DNA of 64,000 nt, taken from NCBI GenBank assembly GCA_002269645.1, contig NIVC01000021.1:2905-66904 (forward strand), in the 5' to 3' direction. A program made the translations under genes and the position numbers. Shown here piece after piece: positions 26,701-39,500 of this stretch. The DNA is from Macrostomum lignano. Lineage: Eukaryota. Positions within the stretch are counted from its first letter, which is position 1. Each line of letters starts with the position of its first letter. The notes beneath the pieces were generated by a model. The model saw only the letters and a program-made list of their open reading frames with translations, searched no databases and was not told where the DNA came from.

Positions 26701-27084
26701 GCTGTACCCTCTTCGCCCAGAGCCGTATGAGTTTCTCAGTTTGCACAGAGCACACAGCCAAGAGTGGGTTTGATGCAGATGGGCAGGTGAAACTGTGCCA
26801 AAGGAGGGCAGAGAGATGCGGAGCGAACCAGATAGAATAGAAAGAGGAGAGCAGAGAAAGGCGGCTGGCGGAGCGAGTTTCATCTTTAAACACAGGCAGG
26901 CAAAAGCGCAGCAGGCAAAGCTGGCAGGGCACACGCCAGCAAAGGAGCTGCAGCAAAAGACACCCGGGCAGAGCCAAGGCCAAGAGCAGCAGGGCAGATC
27001 AGCTGATTGACAGATGCGGCTGGTTAGGGTTAAGCGCCGCTCCACAGCACATTATCAGCGGCACCAACCCCAGGATGTGGACTG
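23733..27084 (-). pseudogene. Fragments of a putative multi-pass membrane protein gene, possibly pseudogenised; exon-like blocks ~27084..26700, 26209..25997, ~24040..23733
   Basis: Exon 26209..25997 has a clean AG and GTGAGT and a hydrophobic helix (WYILFSALFAITFTGSLALFTMAY). The other blocks are hydrophobic but contain in-frame stops or frame breaks. Family not recognised. Confidence 0.35.
24055..25955. repeat. 28-bp satellite CCAGCCTCCCAGATCCTCAGTTGCT(AAG/GGG/GGA)
   Basis: Direct inspection; 28-aa periodic ORFs. Confidence 0.97.
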
Positions 27085-27097
27085 GTAAGTGGGAGTG

Positions 27098-29350
27098 AGA
27101 TCAGAGACAGGGAGATCAGAGACAGGGAGATCAGAGACAGGGAGATCAGAGACACGGAGATCAGAGACAGGGAGATCAGAGACAGGGAGATCAGAGACAG
27201 GGAGATCAGAGACAGGGAGATCAGAGACAGGGAGATCAGAGACAGGGAGATCAGAGACAGGGAGATCAGAGACAGGGAGATCAGAGACAGGGAGATCAGA
27301 GACAGGGAGATCAGAGACAGGGAGATCAGAGACAGGGAGATCAGAGACAGGGAGATCAGAGACAGGGAGATCAGAGACAGGGAGATCAGAGACAGGGAGA
27401 TCAGAGACAGGGAGATCAGAGACAGGGAGATCAGAGACAGGGAGATCAGAGACAGGGAGATCAGAGACAGGGAGATCAGAGACACGGAGATCAGAGACAG
27501 GGAGATCAGAGACAGGGAGATCAGAGACAGGGAGATCAGAGACAGGGAGATCAGAGACAGGGAGATCAGAGACAGGGAGATCAGAGACAGGGAGATCAGA
27601 GACAGGGAGATCAGAGACAGGGAGATGAAAGACAGGGAGATCAGAGACAGGGAGATCAGAGACAGGGAGATCAGAGACAGGGAGATCAGAGACAGGGAGA
27701 TCAGAGACAGGGAGATCAGAGACAGGGAGATCAGAGACAGGGAGATCAGAGACAGGGAGATCAGAGACAGGGAGATCAGAGACACGGAGATCAGAGACAG
27801 GGAGATCAGAGACAGGGAGATCAGAGACACGGAGATCAGAGACAGGGAGATCAGAGACAGGGAGATCAGAGACAGGGAGATCAGAGACAGGGAGATCAGA
27901 GACAGGGAGATCAGAGACAGGGAGATCAGAGACAGGGAGATCAGAGACAGGGAGATCAGAGACAGGGAGATCAGAGACAGGGAGATCAGAGACAGGGAGA
28001 TCAGAGACAGGGAGATCAGAGACAGGGAGATCAGAGACAGGGAGATCAGAGACACGGAGATCAGAGACAGGGAGATCAGAGACAGGGAGATCAGAGACAG
28101 GGAGATCAGAGACAGGGAGATCAGAGACAGGGAGATCAGAGACAGGGAGATCAGAGACAGGGAGATCAGAGACAGGGAGATCAGAGACAGGGAGATGAAA
28201 GACAGGGAGATCAGAGACAGGGAGATCAGAGACAGGGAGATCAGAGACAGGGAGATCAGAGACAGGGAGATGAAAGACAGGGAGATCAGAGACAGGGAGA
28301 TCAGAGACAGGGAGATCAGAGACAGGGAGATGAAAGACAGGGAGATCAGAGACAGGGAGATCAGAGACAGGGAGATCAGAGACAGGGAGATGAAAGACAG
28401 GGAGATCAGAGACAGGGAGATCAGAGACAGGGAGATGAAAGACAGGGAGATCAGAGACAGGGAGATCAGAGACAGGGAGATCAGAGACAGGGAGATCAGA
28501 GACAAGGAGATCAGAGACAGGGAGATCAGAGACAGGGAGATCAGAGACAGGGAGATCAGAGACAGGGAGATCAGAGACAGGGAGATCAGAGACAGGGAGA
28601 TCAGAGACAGGGAGATCAGAGACAGGGAGATCAGAGACACGGAGATCAGAGACAGGGAGATCAGAGACAGGGAGATCAGAGACACGGAGATCAGAGACAG
28701 GGAGATCAGAGACAGGGAGATCAGAGACAGGGAGATCAGAGACAGGGAGATCAGAGACAGGGAGATCAGAGACAGGGAGATCAGAGACAGGGAGATCAGA
28801 GACAGGGAGATCAGAGACAGGGAGATCAGAGACAGGGAGATCAGAGACAGGGAGATCAGAGACAGGGAGATCAGAGACAGGGAGATCAGAGACAGGGAGA
28901 TCAGAGACACGGAGATCAGAGACAGGGAGATCAGAGACAGGGAGATCAGAGACAGGGAGATCAGAGACAGGGAGATCAGAGACAGGGAGATCAGAGACAG
29001 GGAGATCAGAGACAGGGAGATCAGAGACAGGGAGATCAGAGACAGGGAGATCAGAGACAGGGAGATCAGAGACAGGGAGATCAGAGACACGGAGATCAGA
29101 GACAGGGAGATCAGAGACAGGGAGATCAGAGACAGGGAGATCAGAGACACGGAGATCAGAGACAGGGAGATCAGAGACAGGGAGATCAGAGACAGGGAGA
29201 TCAGAGACAGGGAGATCAGAGACAGGGAGATCAGAGACAGGGAGATCAGAGACAGGGAGATCAGAGACAGGGAGATCAGAGACACGGAGATCAGAGACAG
29301 GGAGATCAGAGACAGGGAGATCAGAGACAGGGAGATCAGAGACAGGGAGA
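27098..29350. repeat. 15-bp satellite GAGATCAGAGACAGG, ~150 copies
   Basis: Direct inspection; the DREIR and SLISL ORFs are artefacts. Confidence 0.98.
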
Positions 29351-29779
29351 CCGCACTATCCAGTGTGGCATATTTTCACAGAAAACACAAATTTTGTTTC
29401 ACAATTATTCAATAAAAGCTCACTAACAATAAAAAATTCAATCTGCTAATGCGTCTTCACTGCGATTGAGCAGCTTCACTTTCCAATTCAATAATTGGCC
29501 TTGCTGGGTCTATAGCGGCTCCGGCAATCTGACCAATCGCATTCAGTTCTCCACTGAGGCATAACTTAAACAGCTGCTAACAAAAATCCAGTTTGATGGA
29601 TTAGAAAAGCATTTCTAAACAATATCTACACCTGAAACAGGATAAATGAACTATAAGGCGCGTTTTCAAGGTAAAATCCGGTAAGTTCGATTCCACGAAC
29701 GAGCCACATTCAACACTGTGCTCATGCCTGCCGACCGATGAGAAAGTCAGGGTCGCTGTACACCCAGTGTGAGCGTGTG

Positions 29780-30185
29780 CCTGCTCAGGTGCTCAGGTGC
29801 TCAGGTGCTCAGGTGCTCAGGTGCTCAGGTGCTCAGGTGCTCAGGTGCTCAGGTGCTCAGGTGCTCAGGTGCTCAGGTGCTCAGGTGCTCAGGTGCTCAG
29901 GTGCTCAGGTGCTCAGGTGCTCAGGTGCTCAGATGCTCAGGTACTCAGGTACTCAGGTGCTCAGGTTCTCAGGTTCTCAGGTTCTCAGGTACTCAGGTAC
30001 TCAGGTGCTCAGGTACTCAGGTGCTCAGGTACTCAGGTACTCAGGTGCTCAGGTGCTCAGGTGCTCAAGTGCTCAGGTACTCAGGTGCTCAGGTGCTCAG
30101 GTGCTCAGGTGCTCAGGTTCGCATGTGCTCAGGTGCTCAGGTGCTCAGGTTCGCAGGTGCTCAGGTGCTCAGGTTCTCAGGTGCT
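29780..30185. repeat. 8-bp microsatellite GCTCAGGT
   Basis: Direct inspection. Confidence 0.95.
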
Positions 30186-30534
30186 TGGCTCCTCGATCAC
30201 AGCCCGAGAAACCTATCTAAAAACCTGTCTCCATAGTAACAGTCGATGGCAATCAGTTAATAAAGTACATTCTGAATAAGCGAATTTTGATGCAGCGGGT
30301 CCCCTTCAGCACTGGCCTCGATCCATTGTGGGCAGATGGAGAGCTTATTATTTACCGCTGACAAAAGACCGGATGTTGACGGCTGGGCCCTTGAGCTGCC
30401 GCGTTCTCAAGTGACTGCCCAGCGACTTGTTGGAGTTTGCTGTGCTTTCAAAAGCAATTTTTAAGTGGCCTTGGCTTTGCAATAAACCTTAATTTAGTTT
30501 CCTTGTGTGCGTTTTTTACGTCAAAAAATGTCTG

Positions 30535-30770
30535 ATGGCGCCAAAATTGTGTCCTTTAACGCCAAAACCCAAAGCGCCAAAACTCTAGGCGCCAAAATCC
30601 AAGGCGCCAAAACCCAAGGCATCAAAACCCAAGGCGCCAAAACCCAAGGCGCCAAAACCCAAGGCGCCAAAACCCAAGGCGCCAAAACCCAAGGCGTCAA
30701 AACCCAAGGCGCCAAAACCCAAGGCGCCAAAACCCAAGGCGTCAAAACCCAAGGCGCCAAGACCCAAACC
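30535..30770. repeat. 15-bp minisatellite GGCGCCAAAACCCAA
   Basis: Direct inspection. Confidence 0.92.
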
Positions 30771-30827
30771 CAAGCTCAAATCCAAAACGCATTCAAAACA
30801 CCTTCAAACTCCACCGCTCAACGCCAG

Positions 30828-32355
30828 GTCCGGCCCCAGCCCGCTGAAGAAGCTGGGAGCGGCTGGCGCCTCAGTCGGCTCCGGACTGTCGGTGGCGCGC
30901 CAGTTCAGCCGGGTGTCCCGACTGGAGGCCGAGCACGAGGAGTGGCTGCGCCGCACCCTGCAGCGGGTGGCGCTGGCGGCGAGCGGCTCGACAGACGGCA
31001 GTCGAGAGGAGGGAGTTGACAGCGAGAAGGCGTCGCATCCATCAGGTGCAGCGGTCAGCAGCCACCAGCTGCGGCAGCAGCAGCGGGACAGGCTGATTCA
31101 GGAGCGGCGGGAACGCGGCCGGAGTCTCCTCAGCTGGCAGCAGCAGCAGCAACACGAGGCAGCAGCTGCAGACACCACTGAAACCGGCACCAGCCTGACG
31201 GTCAAATCCCTGATCGGCTCCAGAAGCGACGCCGCGAATGCCCGAGATCGAGGATCGGAGAAAGCGACAAGTTTGTCGAAGCAGCTGAAGGCGCCGCCGC
31301 CGCTGCTGACGCTCTCGCCGACGCCGTTCATTCAGCAGGCGGCTCCGGCAGTGAAGAGCGAGCGCCAGCAGTTGCAACCTGTCGCAAAGGTGACCAGTTC
31401 GGTTATTGTGTGTTGGAGCTGACCTGGGAGGCTGGCAGCCCAGGAAATGATGATCTTGGAGGCTGGCAAACTAGCAACTGAGGATCCGGGAGGCTGGCCC
31501 AGCAACTGAGGATCTGGGAGGCTGGCCCAGCAACTGAGGATCTGGGAGGCTGGCCCAGCAACTGAGGATCTGGGAGGCTGGCCCAGCAACTGAGGATCTG
31601 GGAGGCTGGCCTAACAACTGAGGATCTGGGAGGCTGGCACAGCAACTGAGGATCTGGGAGGCTGGCCTAACAACTGAGGAGCTGGGAGGCTGGCCCAGCA
31701 ACTGAGGATCCGGGAGGCTGGCCCAGCAACTGAGGATCTGGGAGGCTGGCCCAGCAACTGAGGATCTGGGAGGCTGGCCCAGCAACTGAGGATCTGGGAG
31801 GCTGGCCCAGCAACTGAGGATCTGGGAGGCTGGCCCAGCAACTGAGGATCTGGGAGGCTGGCCTAACAACTGAGGATCTGGGAGGCTGGCCTAACAACCG
31901 AGGATCTGGGAGGGTGGTAGCTCAGCAACTGAGGGTCTGGGAGGCTGGCCCAGCAACTAAGTATTGAGCCGATCACATTTACATCGATCCTAGAAACCAT
32001 ACATGTTAAGTGCTCAAAGCGGACTCAAAACGGACCCTGTGTCGCACACACCACCCGGACACAGCAGCCTCATCAGACGCAGCTTCACCGACCGAGACTG
32101 AGAGGACCAGCGGTCCGCAGCCGTCAGCTGGAACACTCGAGCCCGGAGCAGCGCAGGCAGGAGCCGCAGCTGATGAGCGTCGGTCAGGCGCCCGGCATCC
32201 AGCAGGATCAGCGGGCAGCTCAAGCTCAAGCCGCTGAGCAGTCCATGGAGCTGGCCAACTATGTGCGCAGGCGGCAACCCGCAATGCGGCTCAGGGAGCC
32301 GACCCTGGTTCAGCCGAGGAACCCCGTGAACTCGCCAGAACTGCTAGCTCCGTGA
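30828..32355 (+). CDS. Exons of an uncharacterised low-complexity/coiled-coil protein (30828..31389; probable downstream exon ~32000..32355)
   Basis: GC-rich open frame from acceptor CAG (30827) to donor GTGACC (31390): RLEAEHEEWLRRTLQRV...QQRDRLIQERRER. The downstream open frame ends in a stop at 32355, but its acceptor is unresolved. Confidence 0.5.
31420..31960. repeat. Same 28-bp satellite as 24055..25955, opposite orientation
   Basis: Unit CCCAGCAACTGAGGATCTGGGAGGCTGG is the reverse complement. Confidence 0.95.
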
Positions 32356-32671
32356 TGCTGATGGTCGCGACTTCAGTGACAAATTCTTGTGCAAAAACAT
32401 TGTCCTCGTGCGTGCAGATGTACAAATGAAAAATATACAAGTATTTGCTGTGTCCAAATAAAGCAATGAGCGAAATCCCACAACATTCGAGCACAGAATC
32501 AACTAAAGCAGAAGTTTGATTTTCTTAGAAACAGTCCGGAGGTTGATAAGAAACGTGTATTTGTCTTATTGCTAGTGCATGAACACTTTTCATTTTACTT
32601 AAGAGTTCCAGCAGTCATGGTAAGATACCGCCGATCATATAGATTTTTGCAAGGCATTTGATACGTCAAGC

Positions 32672-32870
32672 TATACAACGCCGAGGAGTGGACGCTGACG
32701 GCTACGCTGGAGCGGCAGTTGGACTCGGCGCACTCAGGGCTGCTCCGTGCTGCCTTTCAAGCTGACGAGAGCGTCGGGACCGAGGCCCTGTACCGAAGCC
32801 GGAGGCGACTTCAACTGACGGGCCACGTGATCCGGGCCGAAGGCTACTGCCCCCAAACCTTTTCAGGAAT
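32672..32870 (+). mobile_element. Non-LTR retrotransposon (RTE-like LINE) C-terminal remnant
   Basis: Translates as LYNAEEWTLTATLERQLDSAHSGLLRAAF...RRRLQLTGHVIR, matching the post-RT motif LY.aEtWtl...RRRL..aGH..R. Confidence 0.75.
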
Positions 32871-33474
32871 AAAATCCACTTCGGTAACAAAGCAGATTTA
32901 CGACTACCGACGCTATATTTCCATGGTAATTAATTTTAGCAACTATTAATTTAATAAAGAAAAATTAATCCAAAAGCCACTAAACCATATACTGCCAAGT
33001 ATGGTTTAATTTTATGGTTAAACTAAATTATAATTTGTTTTAAATTGTTCATTAACATTGTAAAAAATTAAATGAGGCACAGAAAATTACGCATCGGTTG
33101 AAAATTGAAATTTCGAAGTAATTTTAAATGAAGAAAAAAGTAGATTCCAGTAAATGAAGTCGCTAACTCAGAGATTCTAATGTTCACAATATTTGGTCAA
33201 CGGGATGTCTCAGCAATTGTACTCAGCAATTAAAATAAAATTACAAGTAGATTAAAATACGCAATAGCTTTCACCATCAATCCCATATCTCGAAGTTTGC
33301 TAAAATGTATCTCAATTAGTTTTCGTCCTTCTCTCTTTAAAGTTCGTTTGCAAAATCTTTTTAGAGCATATCAATCTATGCATACTGTATTTATTTCCAC
33401 TAACTGTTACCGAAGTGGCTGTTACCGAATTGGACTGTTACCCCTTTTCAGGATGTTCTGCTGCCCTCTGAAAG

Positions 33475-33700
33475 ATGACAAACTGTGTTGAAGCAAACCT
33501 GGACGACACTTTTCGTGTAGCCCATGTTTCTTTAGATACGACTATGAAGTTGGTCACCATGGGGGATGGCAAAGGTGCTCGCCTATGGGCTTATGGTGTG
33601 CTGGGTGTGACCACGCCCCGCAGCTTATTAAACGCCATCGTATGGCCGCTAGGGCACAACTTTGCCCTGCGTGCATGGCGTTGCGGTTCTCTTTGAATTG
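33475..33700 (+). mobile_element. Crypton-like (DUF3504 tyrosine recombinase) remnant
   Basis: SLDTTMKLVTMGDGKG..LWAYGVLGVTTPRSLLNAIVWPLGHNFALRA resembles DUF3504 LD..MK.L...G.G and LW..GvLG...P..LLntv....G..FaLR. Recognised by eye. Confidence 0.6.
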
Positions 33701-34049
33701 GACAGGCAGATTCAATTGAAGGGATTGAAGGGATTGATCCGTGACCCAAAGGCTGTTCGTGCGTTTCATTTCAAAGCGTCTTTACGAGCTATAGCGAAAC
33801 CGTGACTTGTTCTTGGCGGCTGTCTGGTCTGAATTCAATGCTCTCCCCATGCACGGCTTTAGGCCATAGACAATCGTGGCAGCAGGAGTTGAATATGGTT
33901 GGCCGGGGTCTTGAACAAGGACTGCACAGATCCACAAAACAAATGGGTCGAGTTTTGCAATTTTTATGATTTTTGGGCAGAGTGAATGTGTGATTGTACG
34001 TTGGATATAAAATTAACATTCTAAGTCCCAATGCAATTTTATCAACGAG

Positions 34050-34215
34050 AAGCTTTATTCATATCAATAGAGCTATAAGAAAAGCAAGATTTATCAAAAG
34101 ATGAACATTGGGTCTGCTGCTATCAAATTCAATGACAAATTTTGTGCTGAAAAAACCTGTATCTCGTAGTTTATTTTTTTTCAATAAAATCTGCCTTCTA
34201 AAATTTTCCAGGAGA
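34050..34215 (+). mobile_element. Diverged remnant of the 8823..9546 foldback family (right arm)
   Basis: AAAAGATGAACA..TGG.TCTGC..CTATCAAA...TTTTGTGCTGAAAAAA...ATCTCGTAGT...CTGCCTTCTAAAA is shared with 9355-9520. Confidence 0.65.
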
Positions 34216-36249
34216 AGTGGTTGGGCTTTCTAAATAAACAGGTACAAACTATAACAAACAAAAGCACGTCCTTTAAAAAAGAAATCCCAAATGAGAGAGA
34301 AATGGGGAGGATAGAAATGAATGAAGAATTCACGAAGACAGAGATAAGAAAGGGATTAAGGAAAGGTGCTAAAAACAATGTCGCATTGCACATGCGGTGT
34401 ACAATAATAGGTTCGTGCAAAAGAAGTGAAAAATCATATAAATAGAAAAAATAAATAAACAAACGATCGCCGAGCGAGAAAGCATAATTCAGCAAAATGC
34501 GTCGCTCATTCTCCCCTCCCGCCTGTGAAGTCCCCGTGTCGGGGGTTGCTGACCTCGATTGGCGGCTGCTGGCGAATGGCGACCCTCGGAGGATTAAGGA
34601 ACCCTCGGATCATCTCGCGTCTGAGTGGTTGAGACGCTGTTGGGGGAAAGATAGCTTCACCCACCTCGAGTTCCAGGAGAACAAAGTCGACTGACGGCAG
34701 TCTACCATTCTCGCGCTCTCGCTGAATCGCCGATCTGTCGTTCACCAGCCAGCACCTCGCCACTCGCGGCTGAAATCGGAATGATGTCAATAATGTGCTT
34801 TGAATATCACATGAGTGACCGTATATTTGACGGCCAAAACTGGAGGGTCACGTTGATGGTCACTCATGAACCACTGTTTATTTACGAACTACTGTCACAT
34901 CTGTCACATTGACGGTCACATGAGTGACTGTGCATTTGACTGTCACACTGGAGGGTCATACGTAATTCCGTTGTTTGTGAGGGTTAAAAAACAGTCACAG
35001 TCAAAATGTGACCATCCCACTTTTTACGGGCCACTTTCGAATGAACTTGTAATGTAATGCACTACAAACTCAGCAGTGTATAATGTGTTTTTATATAGGT
35101 CAGAGAATGTTTAGCATTATGAAAAAATTCTACTTGGTTAGGGACAAATTTGTTAAGCAAAAAATGAATAATTTATTTTTTACGATTTCTCTAAAGCTGT
35201 GCAATATGTCCTAATTTAATTCAGGTGGCCAAGCACAAGACAATGCAATACGTTGGTGCGCCGAATGTAAACGTACATGAGTGTTGCAGCCTGCTCCAAT
35301 GTCTGCTTCAAAGATGCGATAGTCAAAGCCCAACTGCCGAGGAAGCTGCGAGTCCATTCATCAAGTTAAAGTATGGCAGCTTCGAAGGGATATTCCTTAA
35401 ATTTTAATTTTTCCTTAAGCAATTCTTTTGTGTGCTGTTACTTCCTATGACTGCGATTTTTATGTTGTATATTTAGTTATAAAAATTGTTTACACTAACA
35501 AAGAATGTCATTAATCGTTATTATCCCTATAGTGTCAGAAATGATAAATTTTCATTGTTTAATAACTTATTAACATTAATCTATCATTTAGTCAGGCTCT
35601 CTTGGCTGGCGCTGATAAACAGTTGGTGGCTGACGTCCGTATCACACTCCAAAAGTGGCACCTGATGCATACCAAGTGAATACGGACCGCTACCGAAGGG
35701 CGGACAGCGACGGACAGCGACGGGCGGACGTGCTTATGAGGGCAATTGAAGCGTGGACTAGCTAGGTAATGAGTTAAAAAAAAATAAACAATTTTTTCAC
35801 TAGCTTTAACGAAATTCAATTAATATTATTAGATTGATCATATCCAGTAAATAAAAAGTATGTTGTGTTTGCGATTGCGTTCCATTTCCAACTGGATGCG
35901 TAATTAATTTTTCTCAACTTTTGCTGCATTTTTATCCATCTTTTCATGCTAATTGTAAAAAAATTTGCTTTGAATGTTTCTGATGTAATTTTTTGATGCT
36001 GTGCTACTGTTTGTTATTATATTGTACTTTATATTTGTTTTAGTTTACTATTCGTAAGTAGTAGTTAAGTAGTACAAATTCTTCAATGCTTCTAAAATTT
36101 AAATTTGTAAAATGCTGTGAATAATGGTGTATAGATTGTGGTGTATCAAAACAAAAATATAGTCGTAAAATTGTTTAACAAAAATTTAATTAATTTATAA
36201 TTTGTTTTTTAGTTTCCATTTTTACCTTATACTGGTATACCTACACCAT

Positions 36250-38010
36250 TTTCGGGTCATTTGTCCTGTTCGTGTTATTCCTTATCTGCATAGTGTCATT
36301 TGTCCTGTTCGTGTTATTCCTTATCTGCATAGTGTCATTTGTCCAAGCAGAGGGTCATTTGTCCTGTTCGTGTTATTCCTTATCTGCATAGTGTCATGTC
36401 CAAGCAGAGGGTCATTTGTCCTGTTCGTGTTATTCCTTATCTGCATAGTGTCATTTGTCCAAGCAGAGGGTCATTTGTCCTGTTCGTGTTATTCCTTATC
36501 TGCATAATGTCATTTGTCCAAGCAGAGGGTCATTTGTCCAGTTCGTGTTATTCCTTATCTGCATAGTGTCATTTGTCCAAGCAGAGGGTCATTTGTCCTG
36601 TTCGTGTTATTCCTTATCTGCATAGTGTCATTTGTCCAAGCAGAGGGTCATTTGTCCTGTTCGTGTTATTCCTTATCTGCATAGTGTCATTTGTCCAAGC
36701 AGAGGGTCATCTGTCCAGTTCGTGTTATTCCTTATCTGCATAGTGTCATTTGTCCAAGCAGAGGGTCATTTGTCCTGTTCGTGTTATTCCTTATCTGCAT
36801 AGTGTCATGTCCAAGCAGAGGGTCATTTGTCCTGTTCGTGTTATTCCTTATCTGCAGTGTCATTTGTCCAAGCAGAGGGTCATTTGTCCAGTTCGTGTTA
36901 TTCCTTATCTGCATAGTGTCATGTCCAAGCAGAGGGTCATTTGTCCAGTTCGTGTTATTCCTTATCTGCATAGTGTCATGTCCAAGCAGAGGGTCATTTG
37001 TCCTGTTCGTGTTATTCCTTATCTGCAGTGTCATTTGTCCAAGCAGAGGGTCATTTGTCCTGTTCGTGTTATTCCTTATCTGCATAGTGTCATGTCCAAG
37101 CAGAGGGTCATTTGTCCTGTTCGTGTTATTCCTTATCTGCATAGTGTCATGTCCAAGCAGAGGGTCATTTGTCCTGTTCGTGTTATTCCTTATCTGCATA
37201 GTGTCATGTCCAAGCAGAGGGTCATTTGTCCTGTTCGTGTTATTCCTTATCTGCATAGTGTCATGTCCAAGCAGAGGGTCATTTGTCCTGTTCGTGTTAT
37301 TCCTTATCTGCATAGTGTCATTTGTCCAAGCAGAGGGTCATTTGTCCTGTTCGTGTTATTCCTTATCTGCATAGTGTCATTTGTCCAAGCAGAGGGTCAT
37401 TTGTCCTGTTCGTGTTATTCCTTATCTGCATAGTGTCATTTGTCCAAGCAGAGGGTCATTTGTCCTGTTCGTGTTATTCCTTATCTGCATAGTGTCATTT
37501 GTCTAGTTCGTGTTATTCCTTATCTGCATAGTGTCATGTCCAAGCAGAGGGTCATTTGTCCTGTTCGTGTTATTCCTTATCTGCATAGTGTCATGTCCAA
37601 GCAGAGGGTCATTTGTCCTGTTCGTGTTATTCCTTATCTGCAAAGTGTCATGTCCAAGCAGAGGGTCATTTGTCCTGTTCGTGTTATTCCTTATCTGCAT
37701 AGTGTCATGTCCAAGCAGAGGGTCATTTGTCCTGTTCGTGTTATTCCTTATCTGCATAGTGTCATGTCCAAGCAGAGGGTCATTTGTCCTGTTCGTGTTA
37801 TTCCTTATCTGCATAGTGTCATTTGTCCAAGCAGAGTGTCATTTGTCCTGTTCGTGTTATTCCTTATCTGCATAGTGTCATTTGTCCAAGCAGAGGGTCA
37901 TTTGTCCTGTTCGTGTTATTCCTTATCTGCATAGTGTCATTTGTCCAAGCAGAGGGTCATTTGTCCTGTTCGTGTTATTCCTTATCTGCATAATGTCATC
38001 TGTCCAAGCA
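36250..38010. repeat. 57-59-bp satellite GTCATTTGTCCTGTTCGTGTTATTCCTTATCTGCATAGTGTCA(TT)TGTCCAAGCAGAGG, ~30 copies
   Basis: Direct inspection. Confidence 0.97.
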
Positions 38011-38809
38011 GAGGATCATCTGTCTGTTCCTGTCATTGCCTGATCCATAGGCAGCCCACCCCGCATTAAATCACCCAAACCGGGGTCACATGACCTACTA
38101 GGCTCGGCCCACCATAAGAGCAAGGCCCACAGGTTTAACACCCAACCAAGCCACAAAACTTTGCATTTGAAATTGACCAGCCTTTGTTTGTGAAGCAGAC
38201 CAGACCATGAACAGCTGTCTACCCATCAATTATGATAACTGCAAATCAAATTCGAGCTACTCGCTTAGGAATTAAAAACTGCAGATTTTTATATTTTGAC
38301 AATCAATAATTTTCATCAGCGTTTAGGATTTAAAAGTACATTAAGAAATTGTAGCATATGTAATCTTGAACTGGATAAAAATATATTTAGCTTACTACGA
38401 TATAAGCATACGGTAAAAATACAGTAATAATTATAATTTAATATTGCCAAGGAATAACAGAAAGTACACTATAGATCTGTATGCTGGGAAATCAAGACAT
38501 GAAAAGTCAAAACTGGAAACAATATTAACTGTATTTACAGCGATCAAACTTGGTGGATAGAAAATCGTTAAAATGTTCTTCATTAGCTACTAACAGTATG
38601 CTTTGCTGTCGCAGAGTATTAAGAAGCAAAAACTAACAATTTCAGAGCAAAAATGGAAGCAGGCGGTTCTAGACAGATAAAAGTGACAGTTCCGGGGTCT
38701 GCGAAATGGCAGAATTTATTGAGTCTTTTAATTAACTATGAGATCTGTGACTGATCCAGTTGATAGGCTGGCGCTACCGATGCCTGGTGCTTCAGTGATC
38801 ACTACTCTC

Positions 38810-39500
38810 CCCTCCCCCAGCCTCATCAGTGACCCCCACTCTCCCCCAGACCCATCAGTGACCCCCACTCTCCCCCAGACCCATCAGTGACCCCCACTCT
38901 CCCCAAGACCCATCAGTGACCCCCACTCTCCCCAGACCCATCAGTGACCCCCTCTCTCCCCAAGACCCACCAGTGACCCCCACTCTCCCCCAGACCCACC
39001 AGTGACCCCCACTCTCCCCCAGACCCACCAGTGACCCCACTCTCCCCCAGACCCACCAGTGACCCCCACTCTCCCCCTGACCCATCAGTGACCCCCACTC
39101 TCCCAAGACCCATCAGTGACCCCCACTCTCCCCAAGACCCACCAGTGACCCACTCACCCCAAACCCATCAGTGACCCCCACTCTCCCCCAGACCCATCAG
39201 TGACCCCCACTCTCCCCAAGACCCATCAGTGACCCCCACTCTCCCCAAGACCCACCAGTGACCCACTCACCCCAAACCCATCAGTGACCCCATCTCCCCC
39301 AGACCCATCAGTGACTCCCACTCTCCCCCTGACCCACCAGTGACCCCCACTCTCCCCAAGACCCATCAGTGACCCCCACTCTCCCCAAGACCCACCAGTG
39401 ACCCCCACTCGCCCCAAACCCATTAGTGACCCCCACTCTCCCCCAGACCCATCAGTGACCCCCACTCTCCCCCAGACCCATCAGTGACCCAACTCTGACC
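38810..39500. repeat. ~29-bp minisatellite CAGTGACCCCCACTCTCCCCCAGACCCAT
   Basis: Direct inspection. Confidence 0.93.

Noticed and set aside
27030-29415. 751-aa and 596-aa ORFs (SLISL / DREIR repeats)
   Set aside because: Translation artefacts of a stop-free 15-bp satellite.
34497-34790. GC-rich island with ORFs on both strands
   Set aside because: No recognisable motif or splice structure; probably an unidentifiable repeat remnant.
34975-34990. GAGGGTTAA as a piggyBac right end
   Set aside because: No matching TTAACCC left end with a TIR was found.
35225-35407. Possible DIRS-type tyrosine recombinase remnant (KLRVHSSS*SMAAS)
   Set aside because: Only a weak partial match to RAHSTR.aaS, with a stop and no supporting RT or RNase H nearby.
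36250-38010. Regular ~59-bp repeats as a possible CRISPR array
   Set aside because: Units are contiguous with no unique spacers, there are no cas genes, and the context is eukaryotic.
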